A stretch of 64,000 nucleotides of DNA from Eledone cirrhosa (GCA_964016885.1 OZ024750.1:53072001-53136000); one strand, 5' to 3'. Positions 1 to 10,529 are shown, counted from the stretch's first letter. A program made the numbers and translations. Notes: generated by a model from the sequence alone, not told the origin.

Positions 1-687
1 AACATAACATGTCTCAGTTGATGAACAGTGTCTTGAGTAACTAACATGCAAACCAGCAACAACAGTTGGCAACAAGCTGGGAATATTGGTGGAAAAGTGT
101 CGCTTGCTGTGTAGTTAGTTACTATGGTGATATCTGTTTTTCACACAGTCTCTCTCTCTTACTGTATCATTTTGTATGGGGGAAAATAGTTTCAGTTGAT
201 GAATGACCTTCAGGAACAAATTAAGTTCATGAATTAATACTAAATCCCTCCAAATGTTTGATTATTTTCAAAATTAATTGAAAATGATAGGTGAAGGGCA
301 GTATCTTTCATTAGAAATATGAGGACACAAAAGAGTTAAATTGTTTATCATCCTTACAATCATATGCCTGTTTTCCCTGCTAGCAAGGGTTAGATTAATG
401 TATAATTATGGCCAGTATGGGGTAAAAACCCACAACATTCCTATTATCTAAAAAACTTCCATTATAATTTTATGTAAAAAAGGATAAAAGATATATTCCA
501 AACATCATGATAATGAGAAAGTTATATTACCAATCTCTCCAAAATTTTGATTATTTAAAAAATTATTTGAAAATCATAGGTGGTGTCTTTCATTAGTAAT
601 GAGGGCTACACATTTTAAAATGTTTTCCACTATATCTCTCTCTTTTTTAAAACAGTTATTTCATAGAGAATGGAGAGTTCATGCATG

Positions 688-1025
688 GAGATGTTATAAA
701 ATAGGATGAAGACCCTTAAAGATGGAAAAAGAAGTTGCCACCGGCGACTATGAGGAATTGACTCCATATCTCCCACCTAGCCAGTCAGGGGTTCAATTCC
801 TCATAGTTTGAACTCTTTTCCAACAGTTCATAACTTCAAAGCTAGATGGCGTTACTAGTTTATTGATGTGACATTTGTCAATCATTCAGATATGTTGTTA
901 ATAAATGTTTGTTTAAAAAAAAGTCATTTTAATAAAAAAGAAACCCCGGCACAGCAACTGTAGCTGTGTAAAATATTTGCAGCTGTCAACAGGTTAAGGG
1001 TCTTCATCCTATTTTATAACATCTC
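688..1025. mobile_element. Putative MITE/foldback element bounded by a perfect 32-bp inverted repeat
   Basis: GAGATGTTATAAAATAGGATGAAGACCCTTAA (688-719) is the exact reverse complement of 994-1025. There is also an internal 15-bp inverted repeat (747-761 / 793-807). No TSD identified. Confidence 0.5.
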
Positions 1026-1254
1026 TGCACTTATTTTAACTTTATCCCCTCAGCACTTCGTAAAAATCCAAGCGATCAGCTGAAAACAATTATTTCCTAA
1101 TTTCTCATTGGATCACATTTATCTGTATTTAATGAAAAGAAGGAATCAATTTATATAACAATTTAATGATAATCTCATGAATTAGCTGAGTAATAAGTAA
1201 TGTGTAGTAAGCAGCACTGATGATCTGATCCAGCTAATCTGTTGATCAGCAGTA

Positions 1255-1436
1255 TCATCATTGCTGCCACCACTGTAACCACCACCACCACTGCAACCAC
1301 CACCACCTCTGTGACCACCACCACCACCAACAGCAGCATCGTCATCATCACTTATTGCCACCATCACCATCATAGTAGCTATCACCATCACCACCACCAT
1401 CATCACAGCTATCACCATCATCGCTATAACCACCAT
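1255..1436. repeat. Degenerate (CAC/CAT)n trinucleotide microsatellite
   Basis: Runs of CACCAC and CATCAT; these explain the poly-H/T/G ORFs at 1182-1454. Confidence 0.9.
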
Positions 1437-1599
1437 TCCTTCTCATCTGTTTAAATGGAAAGAAATATATACAAAGTTCTTTTTCTGTATGCGTGTAAGT
1501 GTGCATATATGTGTATACGAGTTTGTATATGTATACAAATGCATTCGTATGTGTGCGCGTGTGTGTGTAGGTGTGCTTTTACATGTTTTTTACATATAT

Positions 1600-1828
1600 A
1601 TGAATGAAGTAATTCCGTCGGAAAGGTCCAGGAAAAAAGAGTGCTCTATGTAGGTTACAGAGCTTAATAGTTATGCAATAAACAACATAAGATAATTATT
1701 TCATTTACCAGTGGTTTCTTGAAAGCAAACAAAATTTGCTTTCAATCATCAGAAAGCAAATTTGGTTTGCTTTCAAGAAACCACTGGTAAATGAAATAAT
1801 TATCTTATGTTGTTTATTACATAACTAT
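1600..1828 (-). mobile_element. Putative Penelope-like element terminal (pLTR) remnant with inverted 5' duplication
   Basis: Minus strand of 1600-1725 aligns by eye with 3156-3275 (GAAAC..CTGGTAA..TAATTAT..TTGTTTATT..AGCTCTGTAAC..AGAGCACTC). It carries a hammerhead core, and 1667-1743 / 1752-1828 form a 75/77 palindrome. Confidence 0.6.
1700..1752 (-). ncRNA. Minimal type I hammerhead ribozyme core (5' strand of stem I lost)
   Basis: Minus strand reads CUGAUGA-uugaaagcaaa-uuuug-uuugcuuucaa-GAAA-ccacugG-UA-aaugaa: both conserved boxes, an 11-bp stem II, a short stem III and a GUA cleavage triplet. Confidence 0.7.
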
Positions 1829-1830
1829 AT

Positions 1831-2166
1831 ATCATCATCATCATTTTACGTCCGCTTTTCCCTGCTTGCAAGGGTGGAACAGGAACTGATTCTGGCTTGA
1901 TTTCTACAGCTGGATGCCCTTCCTAACACCAACCTCATTTACAGTGTCGGCTGGGTGCTTTTTTGCCGTGGCACCTCCACGACCACTTTGCAGTGGAATG
2001 ATAGGGACCCCAGTCCCTATCATCTCATTTCTACAGCTGAGTAAACTGGAGCTATGTGAAATAAAGTGTCTTACTCAAGGAAACAACACATCACCCGGTC
2101 TGAGAATTGAACTCACAACCTTTCGATTGCAAGCCCAATGCTCTAACCACTAAGCCATGTTCCTCC
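1831..2166 (-). mobile_element. Full-length tRNA-derived SINE with RTE1-type 3' tail
   Basis: Minus strand: A box TGGCTTAGTGG, B box GAGTTCAATTC, core GTGTTGTTTCCTTGAGTAAGACACTTT, tail CCCTTGCAAGCAGGGAAAAGCGGACGTAAAA(TGA)n. Near-identical copies at 9118 and 39355. Confidence 0.9.
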
Positions 2167-2319
2167 ATATATATATATCTGGTCGCGTGCGTGAGATTAG
2201 ATGTACATGTATGTATATATATGTGTATCGTGTGTATGTATGCGTGCTTTTGTATGTATGTACGCTTGTATGTGTTTTTGTCTGTACGTATATATATATA
2301 TATATATATATATAAATGA

Positions 2320-3278
2320 AAGTATAGAAATTATTGTGAGCAAGAAGCCAACAGTATTTCATAATATATAAGTGACTATAACGTCAAAATGGAAAAATAG
2401 TTAACGTAAGATGTGGGAAAATAATTCAAACTCAATTAAAAAAAAACTCAATTAAAAAAAAATTTAGCCACAGAATTTTGTGAAATCCGTGCGTATGAAC
2501 TTCTGTATGTTTTCTACTTTTTATTTATTTTTTCTAGTGTTACTTTATAATTGTTAACCCCCCCCCCCCCCCTCTTACTTTCTCTTTGACTTAATTTTTA
2601 TTCTTATATATTATTTCATTTTCATATTTTATATTTTTATATCTGTATCGATCTTCAGTCTGACACTGCTTTGACTGATACATTCCCTTCCCTGTATATT
2701 TCACATACATGTATGTGGTTGTGCGTGCGTGTGTTTGCGCGTGCGTCCTTTCATCCTTGTATGTGTATATATTTCAATCCTTAGTCCCTGAGTCTGTATG
2801 TACGCTAACTCTATTATCTTACAATTATTTTTTCAACATATATTATATACGTATTTGTGGTCACGCATACACTGATATGCTTGCCCTCATGTATGTACTT
2901 ACGCACACATTTTTTCACTATACACATGCATTTGTACATACACACATATGTACATTTGTAGGGGCATATACACACATTTATACACACACCCTTACTATAT
3001 TTCCTTATTTTATTTTTATATATCTCTCTTATTTATATATTTTTTTTTGCCTGTTAAACTTTTGCCTTTCTTGAGGAAATTTTTCAAATATTTCTGTTTT
3101 AAATTGCCTTGTCTGACAAACGAATGAGGACGTTTCTTGTATTCGTCTTATTCGGGAAACTTCTGGTAATGAGTTAATTATATTGTATTGTTTATTATAC
3201 ATTAAATTTAGCTCTGTAACTTACTTACATTAGAGCACTCTTCACTCCTATGACTTTTTCAACGGAAACTTCAATACT
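2320..3278 (+). mobile_element. Degenerate putative Penelope-like element 3' region / pseudo-LTR
   Basis: AT- and CA-rich tract ending in a hammerhead motif (3102-3179) and a tail homologous to 1600-1725. The 5' boundary is uncertain and no recognisable intact GIY-YIG ORF is present. Confidence 0.4.
3102..3179 (+). ncRNA. Type I hammerhead ribozyme motif with one core substitution
   Basis: Stem I aauugccuugu/augaguuaauu (10 of 11 pairs including G-U); CUGACAA at 3113-3119 (consensus CUGANGA); stem II cgaaugaggacg/cgucuuauucg; GAAA at 3156-3159; C-uucug-G; UA. Confidence 0.6.
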
Positions 3279-3412
3279 TATATATATGTATATATATATA
3301 TGCTTATATATATATGCTTATATATATATATATATGCTTATATATATATGCTTATATATATATATATATATGCTTATATATATATGTATATGCTTATATA
3401 TATATGTATATA
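3278..3412. repeat. (TA)n / TATATGCT compound microsatellite
   Basis: Direct inspection. Confidence 0.95.
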
Positions 3413-5812
3413 TGACTTCTTACTAGTTAGGCAGCAGGACAGGCAGATGGTGTCAATTACCAAGGCATACCCTGGGGAAGAATGTACGCCACAGCATAGG
3501 TTAGTCGTTAGTGATATCTCAGTAAGAAAGAGATGGAATGAGACATACAGGAAGGTGTGGAGAAGAAATGTCTGGAAGCTAAAAGAACTTTCACTAAAAT
3601 ACAAATTTAGGAAAGCCCTTCAAGATGTGTATGACGAAAAAGATGATTTAGAGTCGTATGACATATATAATAACTGGAATTTCTTATGTGACAACTTACT
3701 GCTTACTGAAACTTGTGGCTGTAGCAGAGCTCCAACCAGACAGAGAGTGACCATGTGGTGGAACAGCACAGTAGATAAGGCCATTAAAGTCAAAAGACTA
3801 GCATGGAAGGCTTGGAAAAAGGGTGGGAGTAGAGAAGGATATACAGTCGCTAAGAGAGAAACTAGACATCCGGTGTACTTAGCATGCAGGGAGGCTGAGA
3901 GTAGGAGGTTTGCCAATGTTCTGCGACGGAAGATCAGGTGTGTGGTGTTCCACATTGTAAATCAGGATGTTGTTGGAGATAAATGTGTCCGGAATGATGC
4001 CGGTGTACTTAGTGTCACGAGTGATCAGAAAAAGGAGGCTTGAAATGTCATTATGAGAGACTGATGAATGTGGAGAACGAATGGGAGAGAGAGAAATTAC
4101 CCTCAGTAGATCCAACAGAGGGACCAGCTATTGAGATTGATGAATATAGGGTCCAAGAGGCGATTAAGGAAATGAAAAATGGTAAGTCTGCTGGACCGTC
4201 GGGGATAGTTGCTGAGATGCTGAAGGCATCAGGGGACGTAGGCACTAAACTGGTTGCACGCATCATCAATCAGGCTGTATATGGTGGTGTCATACCCAAA
4301 GACTGGTGCAGCAGTATTTTCATAAATTGCTACAAAGGTAAAGGAGATGCTCTGGAGAGGAGCAATTATAGGGGTATAAAACTGATGGATCAGGTTATGA
4401 AAGTGGCAGAAAAGATATTGGCACAACTAATTAGAGAAAGGGTCAAACTAGATGAGATGCAGTTTGGTTTTGTGCCTGGGAAAAGTACAATAGATGCCCT
4501 CTTCTTGGTGAGACAATTACAAGAGAGGTTCTTAGAGAAGAATAAGCCACTATACTTAGCCTTTGTTGACCTAGAGAAGGCCTTTGATAGGGTATTCCGA
4601 TCTGTCATCTGGTGGTCCCTAAGGAAACTAGGTGTTGAAGAATTGCTTGTGAGGACTGCAAACTTTGTACAGAGGTACTCTCAGTAAAGTCAGGGTAGGA
4701 ATGGAGTTTAGTGAGGAATTCCAGATACAAGTAGGAGTACATCAGGGTTCAGTCCTCAGCCTGCCCTTGTTCATTATAGTCCTCCAAGCCATAACAGAGG
4801 AGTTTAAGACTAGCTGTCCATGGGAACTTCTCTATGCTGACGATCTGGTTCTTATAGCATAATCAGTAGAGGAGCTAGAGAATAAATTCTGGCTATGGAA
4901 ACAGCAGTTGGAAGCAAGAGGACTGAGAGTGAACCTAGCTAAGACAAAAGTGTTGATGAGTAGAAAAGAGGACAAAACTCTGATTCCGTCAGGGAAATGG
5001 CCATGTTCGATATGCAGAAAAGGAACTGGCATAAATTTTATAAAATGCACACAATGCAGATCCTGGGTACACGAGAGATGTAGTGGGATAGCAGGCAAAC
5101 TAACAGGTAGGGAGAAATACGTATGCAGTAGATGTTCAGGGAAATTAGACGGTAGAAGTTGCATTGATAGACACATTTTTCAAATGCAGGTGGGTGCTAT
5201 AGAAGTGGTGGATAGCTTCCGGTACCTAGGAGATCAGATTAGCATGGGAGGGGGGTGTTCCGAGGCCATAGTATCTAGAATAAGGACGGGTTGGAAGAAG
5301 TTTAGGGAGCTGCTTCCTCTGCTGACGAAGAAGGGTTTCTCCCCGCGTACGAAAGGCCGGTTATATGATGCCTGTGTGAGGAGGGCGATGCTGCATGGTA
5401 GTGAGACATGGGCAGCAACTGCAGAGGATATGCGATGGCTGGAGAGAAATGAGGCAAGCATGCTCCGTTGGATGTGCAGTGTCATTGTGCGTCAACGACC
5501 CAGCATGAATGTGTTGAGAGAGAAACTGTGTCTGAGAGGGATGAAGTGTGCGAGAGAGGAGACTGAGGTGGTATGGACATGTGATGCGCATGGAGGATGA
5601 CCGATGGGTGAAGAAGTTCCAGGAAAGGCCAGTTGAAGGAAGACGTAGTAGAGGTAGAACATGAAAAAAATGGGCGGAGGTGGTGAGAACAGACCTCAGA
5701 TCGCTGAAGTTCACGGGGGAGATGACAAAGGACCGTGACAAGTGGAGAGATGCTGTGCTGAATAAGACCCATCCTGCCCTTGCAAGCAGAGAAAAGCGGA
5801 CTTAAAATGATG
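3413..5812 (+). mobile_element. 5'-truncated, inactivated RTE-clade LINE (RTE1)
   Basis: ORF fragments show the endonuclease end (DFLL..QHRLVV), WWN, GPSGIVAEML, NYRGIKL, QFGFVPGKST, FVDLEKAFDRV, GVHQGSVLS, LLYADDLVL, FRYLG, MLHGSETW and WYGHVMR-like motifs. Stops and frameshifts are present; 3' end AAAATGATGA. Confidence 0.95.
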
Positions 5813-6519
5813 AAGTCTATACAAATCCACATTCCTACTCCGATTGATTTCAAACTTCCATTTATATATTCCTTGCAGTCTAAAGATACTAACTGCCGCT
5901 TTTATTTTTCAATTTTCTGTTGTTAAAGGGGTGTTAGGCACCGGTTATTGATCTCCGTCGAGCCCTTATAATACCTGTCTGTATGTCTGGCTGTCTGCAT
6001 AACAACATTCTGACGAACACGTCATTGCTGACGTATTATCTTTGCTACATTCACACACACACGCACACGCACACGCACACACACACACACACACCTGTAG
6101 ATATATAAAGACAAAGTTTTCTATGTATGTATGTGTGTGTGTGGACAATTTTTAATGAGGGCTCATTCATATTCTAAACCATTCATGTGATTTCTTTGAA
6201 ATTTTTTACAGAGCTTCTTACACAAAACCTGTACATGATCTACATAGGCTTTCAAAAATCGATATTGGGGCCTTTGGAGACATTAAAAAAGTTTCAGATA
6301 TTTGTGTGAATTTTCATGATTAAGTAAGACAGGAGTTATCTTTCGTAATTCGGCTCATTTGGATTTTAATTTACTCTTTGTACTTGAAACAAAAGGTATG
6401 CTTCCTTGAGACTAGCAATATCATTTTGTATATTTCACAACCAGCAATTTCTAACAGATTACTAAGTTAAGTTATAGATTTGACATTGTATAATTTATCG
6501 TTTCAAGCTTGATGTTCAT

Positions 6520-6675
6520 ACAACTGTCATCACCACCACCACAACCACAACTGTCATCATCACCAACATCACCACCACAACCACAACATCACCACCACCA
6601 CAACTGTCATCATTACCACCACCACAACTGTCATCGTCATCATCATCATCACCACCACTACCACAACCATCGTCA
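6520..6675. repeat. (CAC/CAT)n microsatellite
   Basis: Direct inspection. Confidence 0.9.
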
Positions 6676-7194
6676 TATGCATCAGAAGGTAGGGATGTCA
6701 CTGTCCAAGATGTGTTGGGGAACTGTTTCATTTTTGGTATGGTATATACAGCTAGCTGTCCTTCCTTGAGGCTAATTGAGACAAATTCTTCATCATTCTT
6801 CCATTCATTTTTTTCTGCTAGCATGGGTTGGATGAGACTTTTTGAAGCAGTATTCTACATCCAGATGCCTTGACACCAACACACGTCTTCACACATCTAC
6901 TGAGCTGCAGCACAATTAGCAGTCATTGCCTAATGTTTATAGTATCTTTACTAGTGGACAGATCATTGTCAAAAGTTTGTACTACTAGACTAAAGGCATT
7001 ATTATTTGATATGATGCAGTCAATTCAGCTAAAAATGTTCTGTATATAAGGTTTTTAATTTATTACATAATTATTAGGGTTATCCCACTTACATTAATTA
7101 GAAAGTTCATTGCTGTTTTGTACTTTACAAGAATAGGTAATACCTTCCTCTACAATTTATGTTCTCAATTTCCCCAATGTTCTTCCCTAACCCT

Positions 7195-7475
7195 CGCTGT
7201 ATAGTGGTCATGTATGTTAACACAAAAGCGCCCAGTCCACACTCTAAAGTAGTCGTGTAGGAGTCATGACAAAAAGCGCCCAGTCTGTGCTGTAAAGGGG
7301 TCATGTAGGTGTCATGACAAAAGGCATCCAGCACACACTGGAAATGTGGTTGGCATTAGGAAGGGCAACCAGCTGTAGAAACCAAGCCAAAAATCAGCTC
7401 TGTGTGAGTGAAACACAGCCCATCCTACCCATGTTAGCATGAAAAATGAACGTTAAATGATGATGATGATGATGT
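7195..7475 (+). mobile_element. RTE2-type 3'UTR/SINE tail fragment with internal ~50-bp repeats
   Basis: Repeated CATGACAAAAAGCGCCCAGT..TGTAAAG, then AGGAAGGGCAACCAGCTGTAGAAA and CCCATGTTAGCATGAAAAATGAACGTTAAA(TGA)n. Confidence 0.7.
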
Positions 7476-7574
7476 TGATTGAGAATAAAGCTGGTGGGTA
7501 GGAAGTCTCTATCATTGAAATATCTGAGAAACTTTCAATTAGATGTAACTTCGCAGGATCAGGAGGTCAGCTTA

Positions 7575-8575
7575 TTAACCCTTTCGTTACCATATTTCTA
7601 ACCAAAATATGTTTCAATTAATTTCTAAAATAATCATAAATTTAGTCTGGTTTCATTAAACAACTCTAACTTTTTTATTTATCAACATATTAATGTGATT
7701 TTTGGAAGAAAATTTAACGAAAGGTTCTCAACTTATTTCATAATTTTTGTCTCAAAGTGACTCAATTTTAAAAACCGCGTCCTCGTCATTATACTTGAGA
7801 CATATTCGTCTCCAAAGGGTTCATCGCTACTCCAGTAATTTGTAATTCTGGGTAGCTTTCTAATGCCCATAATAATATTTATGGCAAAATAAGCTCTAAT
7901 TTCATTTAAGCTTGTGGGAAACCACAAACTATCCTTTTTTTTGCTTTGTTTACTTTCAGCGTAACGGTTTGTTTCCGCCGTAATGATTTCAAACAAGCTC
8001 AGAGGAAAAAGTAAAAGGAAATAGTCTAAAGCTTTGCTCTCCTGGGATAGACTGTGACTTGGTCCAGTTTCTTCACAAAAACCACTGAAAGAAACAGTTT
8101 TTAAATTTTTACTCCATTCAGGTGCCAATTCATTTTCTTTATCGCTGTCATCGGAGCTCTCGGATTCACTGTTTTCACTTTCGTAAAATTAAACATCGGA
8201 TTAGTTAACAAATACCACGTGCTTTTTTTTTTTTTCAGTTATAGAGTTAGATTTTTCAAGGTCTTCAGTGGAAAATCCTTCGAATTCTGACTCACTGCTT
8301 GACGGAATGAAATTGGTATCCATTTTTTGTCAGAATTACAAATTTTCAAAACATAACAGGAACAAATTTGGAAAAAAATCTCCCAAAATTCACAGAATTA
8401 AAATAACACGTCGATCGTTGTCCAAAACTGTAGCTCAATTGTTTACGCAGTATAATCACGTGTTTTCACGAATGTACTAATGAGATTTGAATGTGTGAGT
8501 ACGGGCGGTTTTGGGCGGCTTGGTCACATGAACCAACATTTTTTTCGGGCGGTTTGGGGCGGTTTGGTAACGAAA
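7575..8575 (-). mobile_element. Internally deleted ~1-kb piggyBac transposon
   Basis: TTAA+CCCTTTCGTTACCA at 7575; partial complementary TGGTAACGAAA at 8565-8575; subterminal GGGCGGTTT repeats; transposase fragment lies between them. Confidence 0.85.
7733..8323 (-). pseudogene. N-terminal fragment of piggyBac (PGBD, DDE_Tnp_1_7-like) transposase
   Basis: LDYFLLLFP..IITAETNRYA..WFPTSLNEIRAYFAINIIMGI..LPRITNYWS..MTRTRF, preceded by an acidic N-terminus (MDTNFIPSSSESEFEGFSTED). Truncated before the catalytic DDD residues. Confidence 0.9.
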
Positions 8576-9117
8576 ACTTACATATGTGTGATGTAAATTT
8601 CATTTTCATTTCATTAGAAATATGGTAATGAGTGTTAAATGAGAAAAAGCCATTAACAATGTAGTTTTAATTGGCGAGATTAGAGATCAATGTTAAGGGG
8701 AAGTAATGTAGGAAATATGTGTGTGATTGTTGGTGTTGACTCTTGAAGAGTACTAGACATCATAAACACTGATTGATGTAATGTCTATAATATATATTAA
8801 TCTAGCTAAGATTTTGTAGTTCTTTAAAAGAAAAGGAAAAACAAAACAAAGACAAACAGAAAGAGAAAAAGAGCAAGAACAATAATAGCAACAACAACAA
8901 CATAGATGGTAACAGTGTCTGTGACATTTGGTTATTAATGAACAGATGGAGAAGTTTATCTTCAGTTTGGTTAAATCACATGTGGTGTGATTAAAATAGG
9001 TTGTATAATGGAAGATATGAGATAGCTGTTTGTTGAAGTCTTTTTAATGGAGGAGGAGTTAGTTGTAGGCCAAGAAATGTGGAGATTGTGCGCGTGTGTG
9101 AATGTATGTATGTATAT

Positions 9118-9502
9118 GAAGGTGCATGGCTTAGTGGTTAGAGCATTGGGTTTGCAATCGAAAGGTGAGTTCAATTCTCAAACTGGGTGATGTGTTGTTT
9201 CCTTGAGCAAGGCACTTTATTTCACATTGCTCCAGTTTACTCAGCTGTAGAAATGAGATGATAGGACTGGGGTCCCTATCATTCCACTACAAAGTGGTCG
9301 TGGAGGTGCCACGGCAAAAAAGCACCCAGCCGACACTGTAAATGAGGTTGGTGTTAGGAAGGGCATCCAGCTGTAGAAATCAAGCCAGAATCAGTTCCCG
9401 TATGAGCAAGATAAGGTCAGCCGACCGGACACTGCCCACAACAGGACAACTCGTCTAACCCATGCTAGCGTGGAAGAACAGACGTAAAACGCTGATGATG
9501 AT
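9118..9502 (+). mobile_element. Full-length tRNA-derived SINE with RTE2-type 3' tail
   Basis: Same head and body as 1831-2166 up to AATCAGTTCC, then TATGAGCAAGATAAGGTCA..GGACAACT..CCATGCTAGCGTGGAA..GACGTAAAACG, homologous to the 3' end of the RTE at 30080-30200. Confidence 0.9.
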
Positions 9503-9509
9503 ATATAAA

Positions 9510-9700
9510 AAATATTGATGTAATTCAATTCAAGAAGTCGGCGAGCATTTTCCTCACAGGAGTGACAGAGTATTTTTAGAATAAGGAAATACAAAATTTA
9601 GATGATAAAGTCCTTTATTGATAAGGCTGTGATACATATTACATATCTCTTCAGACAGCGTCTTACACAATAAAGTTACAATCACGAGTGATGGAAGGCA
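9510..9700 (-). mobile_element. Possible Penelope-like terminal remnant with partly deleted hammerhead
   Basis: Minus strand GCUGU-CUGAAGA-gauauguaauauguaUC-ACAGC followed by AAUAAA. Stem I and the first box are present; the GAAA box is missing. Confidence 0.35.
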
Positions 9701-9791
9701 GGTGGCTGAATTAAGTGTAAGAATTAGAGGAGCTGGTACAGTAATGCATTAGTTTCAGCATTTGGTAATCTAGCAGAAGGGAGGTAGGTGT

Positions 9792-10200
9792 AAAAGCCAA
9801 ACTCGCTATCTTAAATTCCGTATTCGTGCCAACCCTTATCTATGATTATAAATCTTAGGTAATGACTGAAAGAATACCCGCGGCTGAAATGGGTTTCCTC
9901 CGAAGGGTCTCTGGAGTAACGTTACTCGATAGAGTGCGTAACTCGGACATCAGAGAGTCACTCCAGGTAGAATTGCTACAGCTCTGAAACTATAGACGTG
10001 GTTAGAATGTCTCGGGGAAAGAATCGCTGGACAGATTTTACGGGCAAAACTAATCTGCAGGCGACCCAAGGGTAACCCCTGAGCAAGATAGTGAGATGAC
10101 ATCCATGAGCTTGGCTGATCTCTGTTGGGGATGCCGCCGGATCAGTTGGAAACGGTTGCTTCTGACAGGACCTGCTGGAAGGAATAAGTGGGCGAAGAAG
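9792..10200 (+). mobile_element. Degenerate 3' fragment of another RTE (Expander/Rex3-like) LINE
   Basis: Translates as KAKLAI.NSVFVPTLIY..VMTER..AAEMGFLRRVSGVTLLDRVRNSDIRESLQVE. Confidence 0.85.
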
Positions 10201-10529
10201 ACCTTTCACAAAAACTTATAAAGAGAAAGTCAGTTATATGACCAAATCTAGTAAGGAAAGGGTTAATTTTTTTTTTTTAGTTTCAAATTTACACAAATAT
10301 CTGTAAAATGAAAACATTTTGGACTCGTATTTCTGCCATGCATACTTAGATTCTAAAAATGTGCACATATGGTACTTGTTGCAGTCATGGATTGAGGAAT
10401 TGCGTATACATTCATTTTCTACAACCTCAGCCCATTTTAGAACTGAATGATAAATATGGTAAATATTAAGACAGTTGTGAAATATCTACATACAAATCTC
10501 TACATTTGCAAACAATCTGAATAGTTGAG

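Noticed and set aside
1182-1454. Poly-His/Thr/Gly ORFs (also 6509-6824 and 36939-37253)
   Set aside because: Trinucleotide microsatellite translations.
1667-1828. Parvovirus-like T-shaped ITR or pre-miRNA
   Set aside because: No NS1/capsid remnants nearby. Homology to 3156-3275 and the hammerhead core explain it better, and the stem is too long and perfect for a typical miRNA.
2095-2166. tRNA gene (also at 9118, 11510, 23945, 28820, 37795, 38405)
   Set aside because: A and B boxes are present but there is no acceptor stem, and each continues into a SINE body.
6008-6040. CTGACGA followed by the hairpin ACGTCA-ttgc-TGACGT
   Set aside because: No GAAA box follows.
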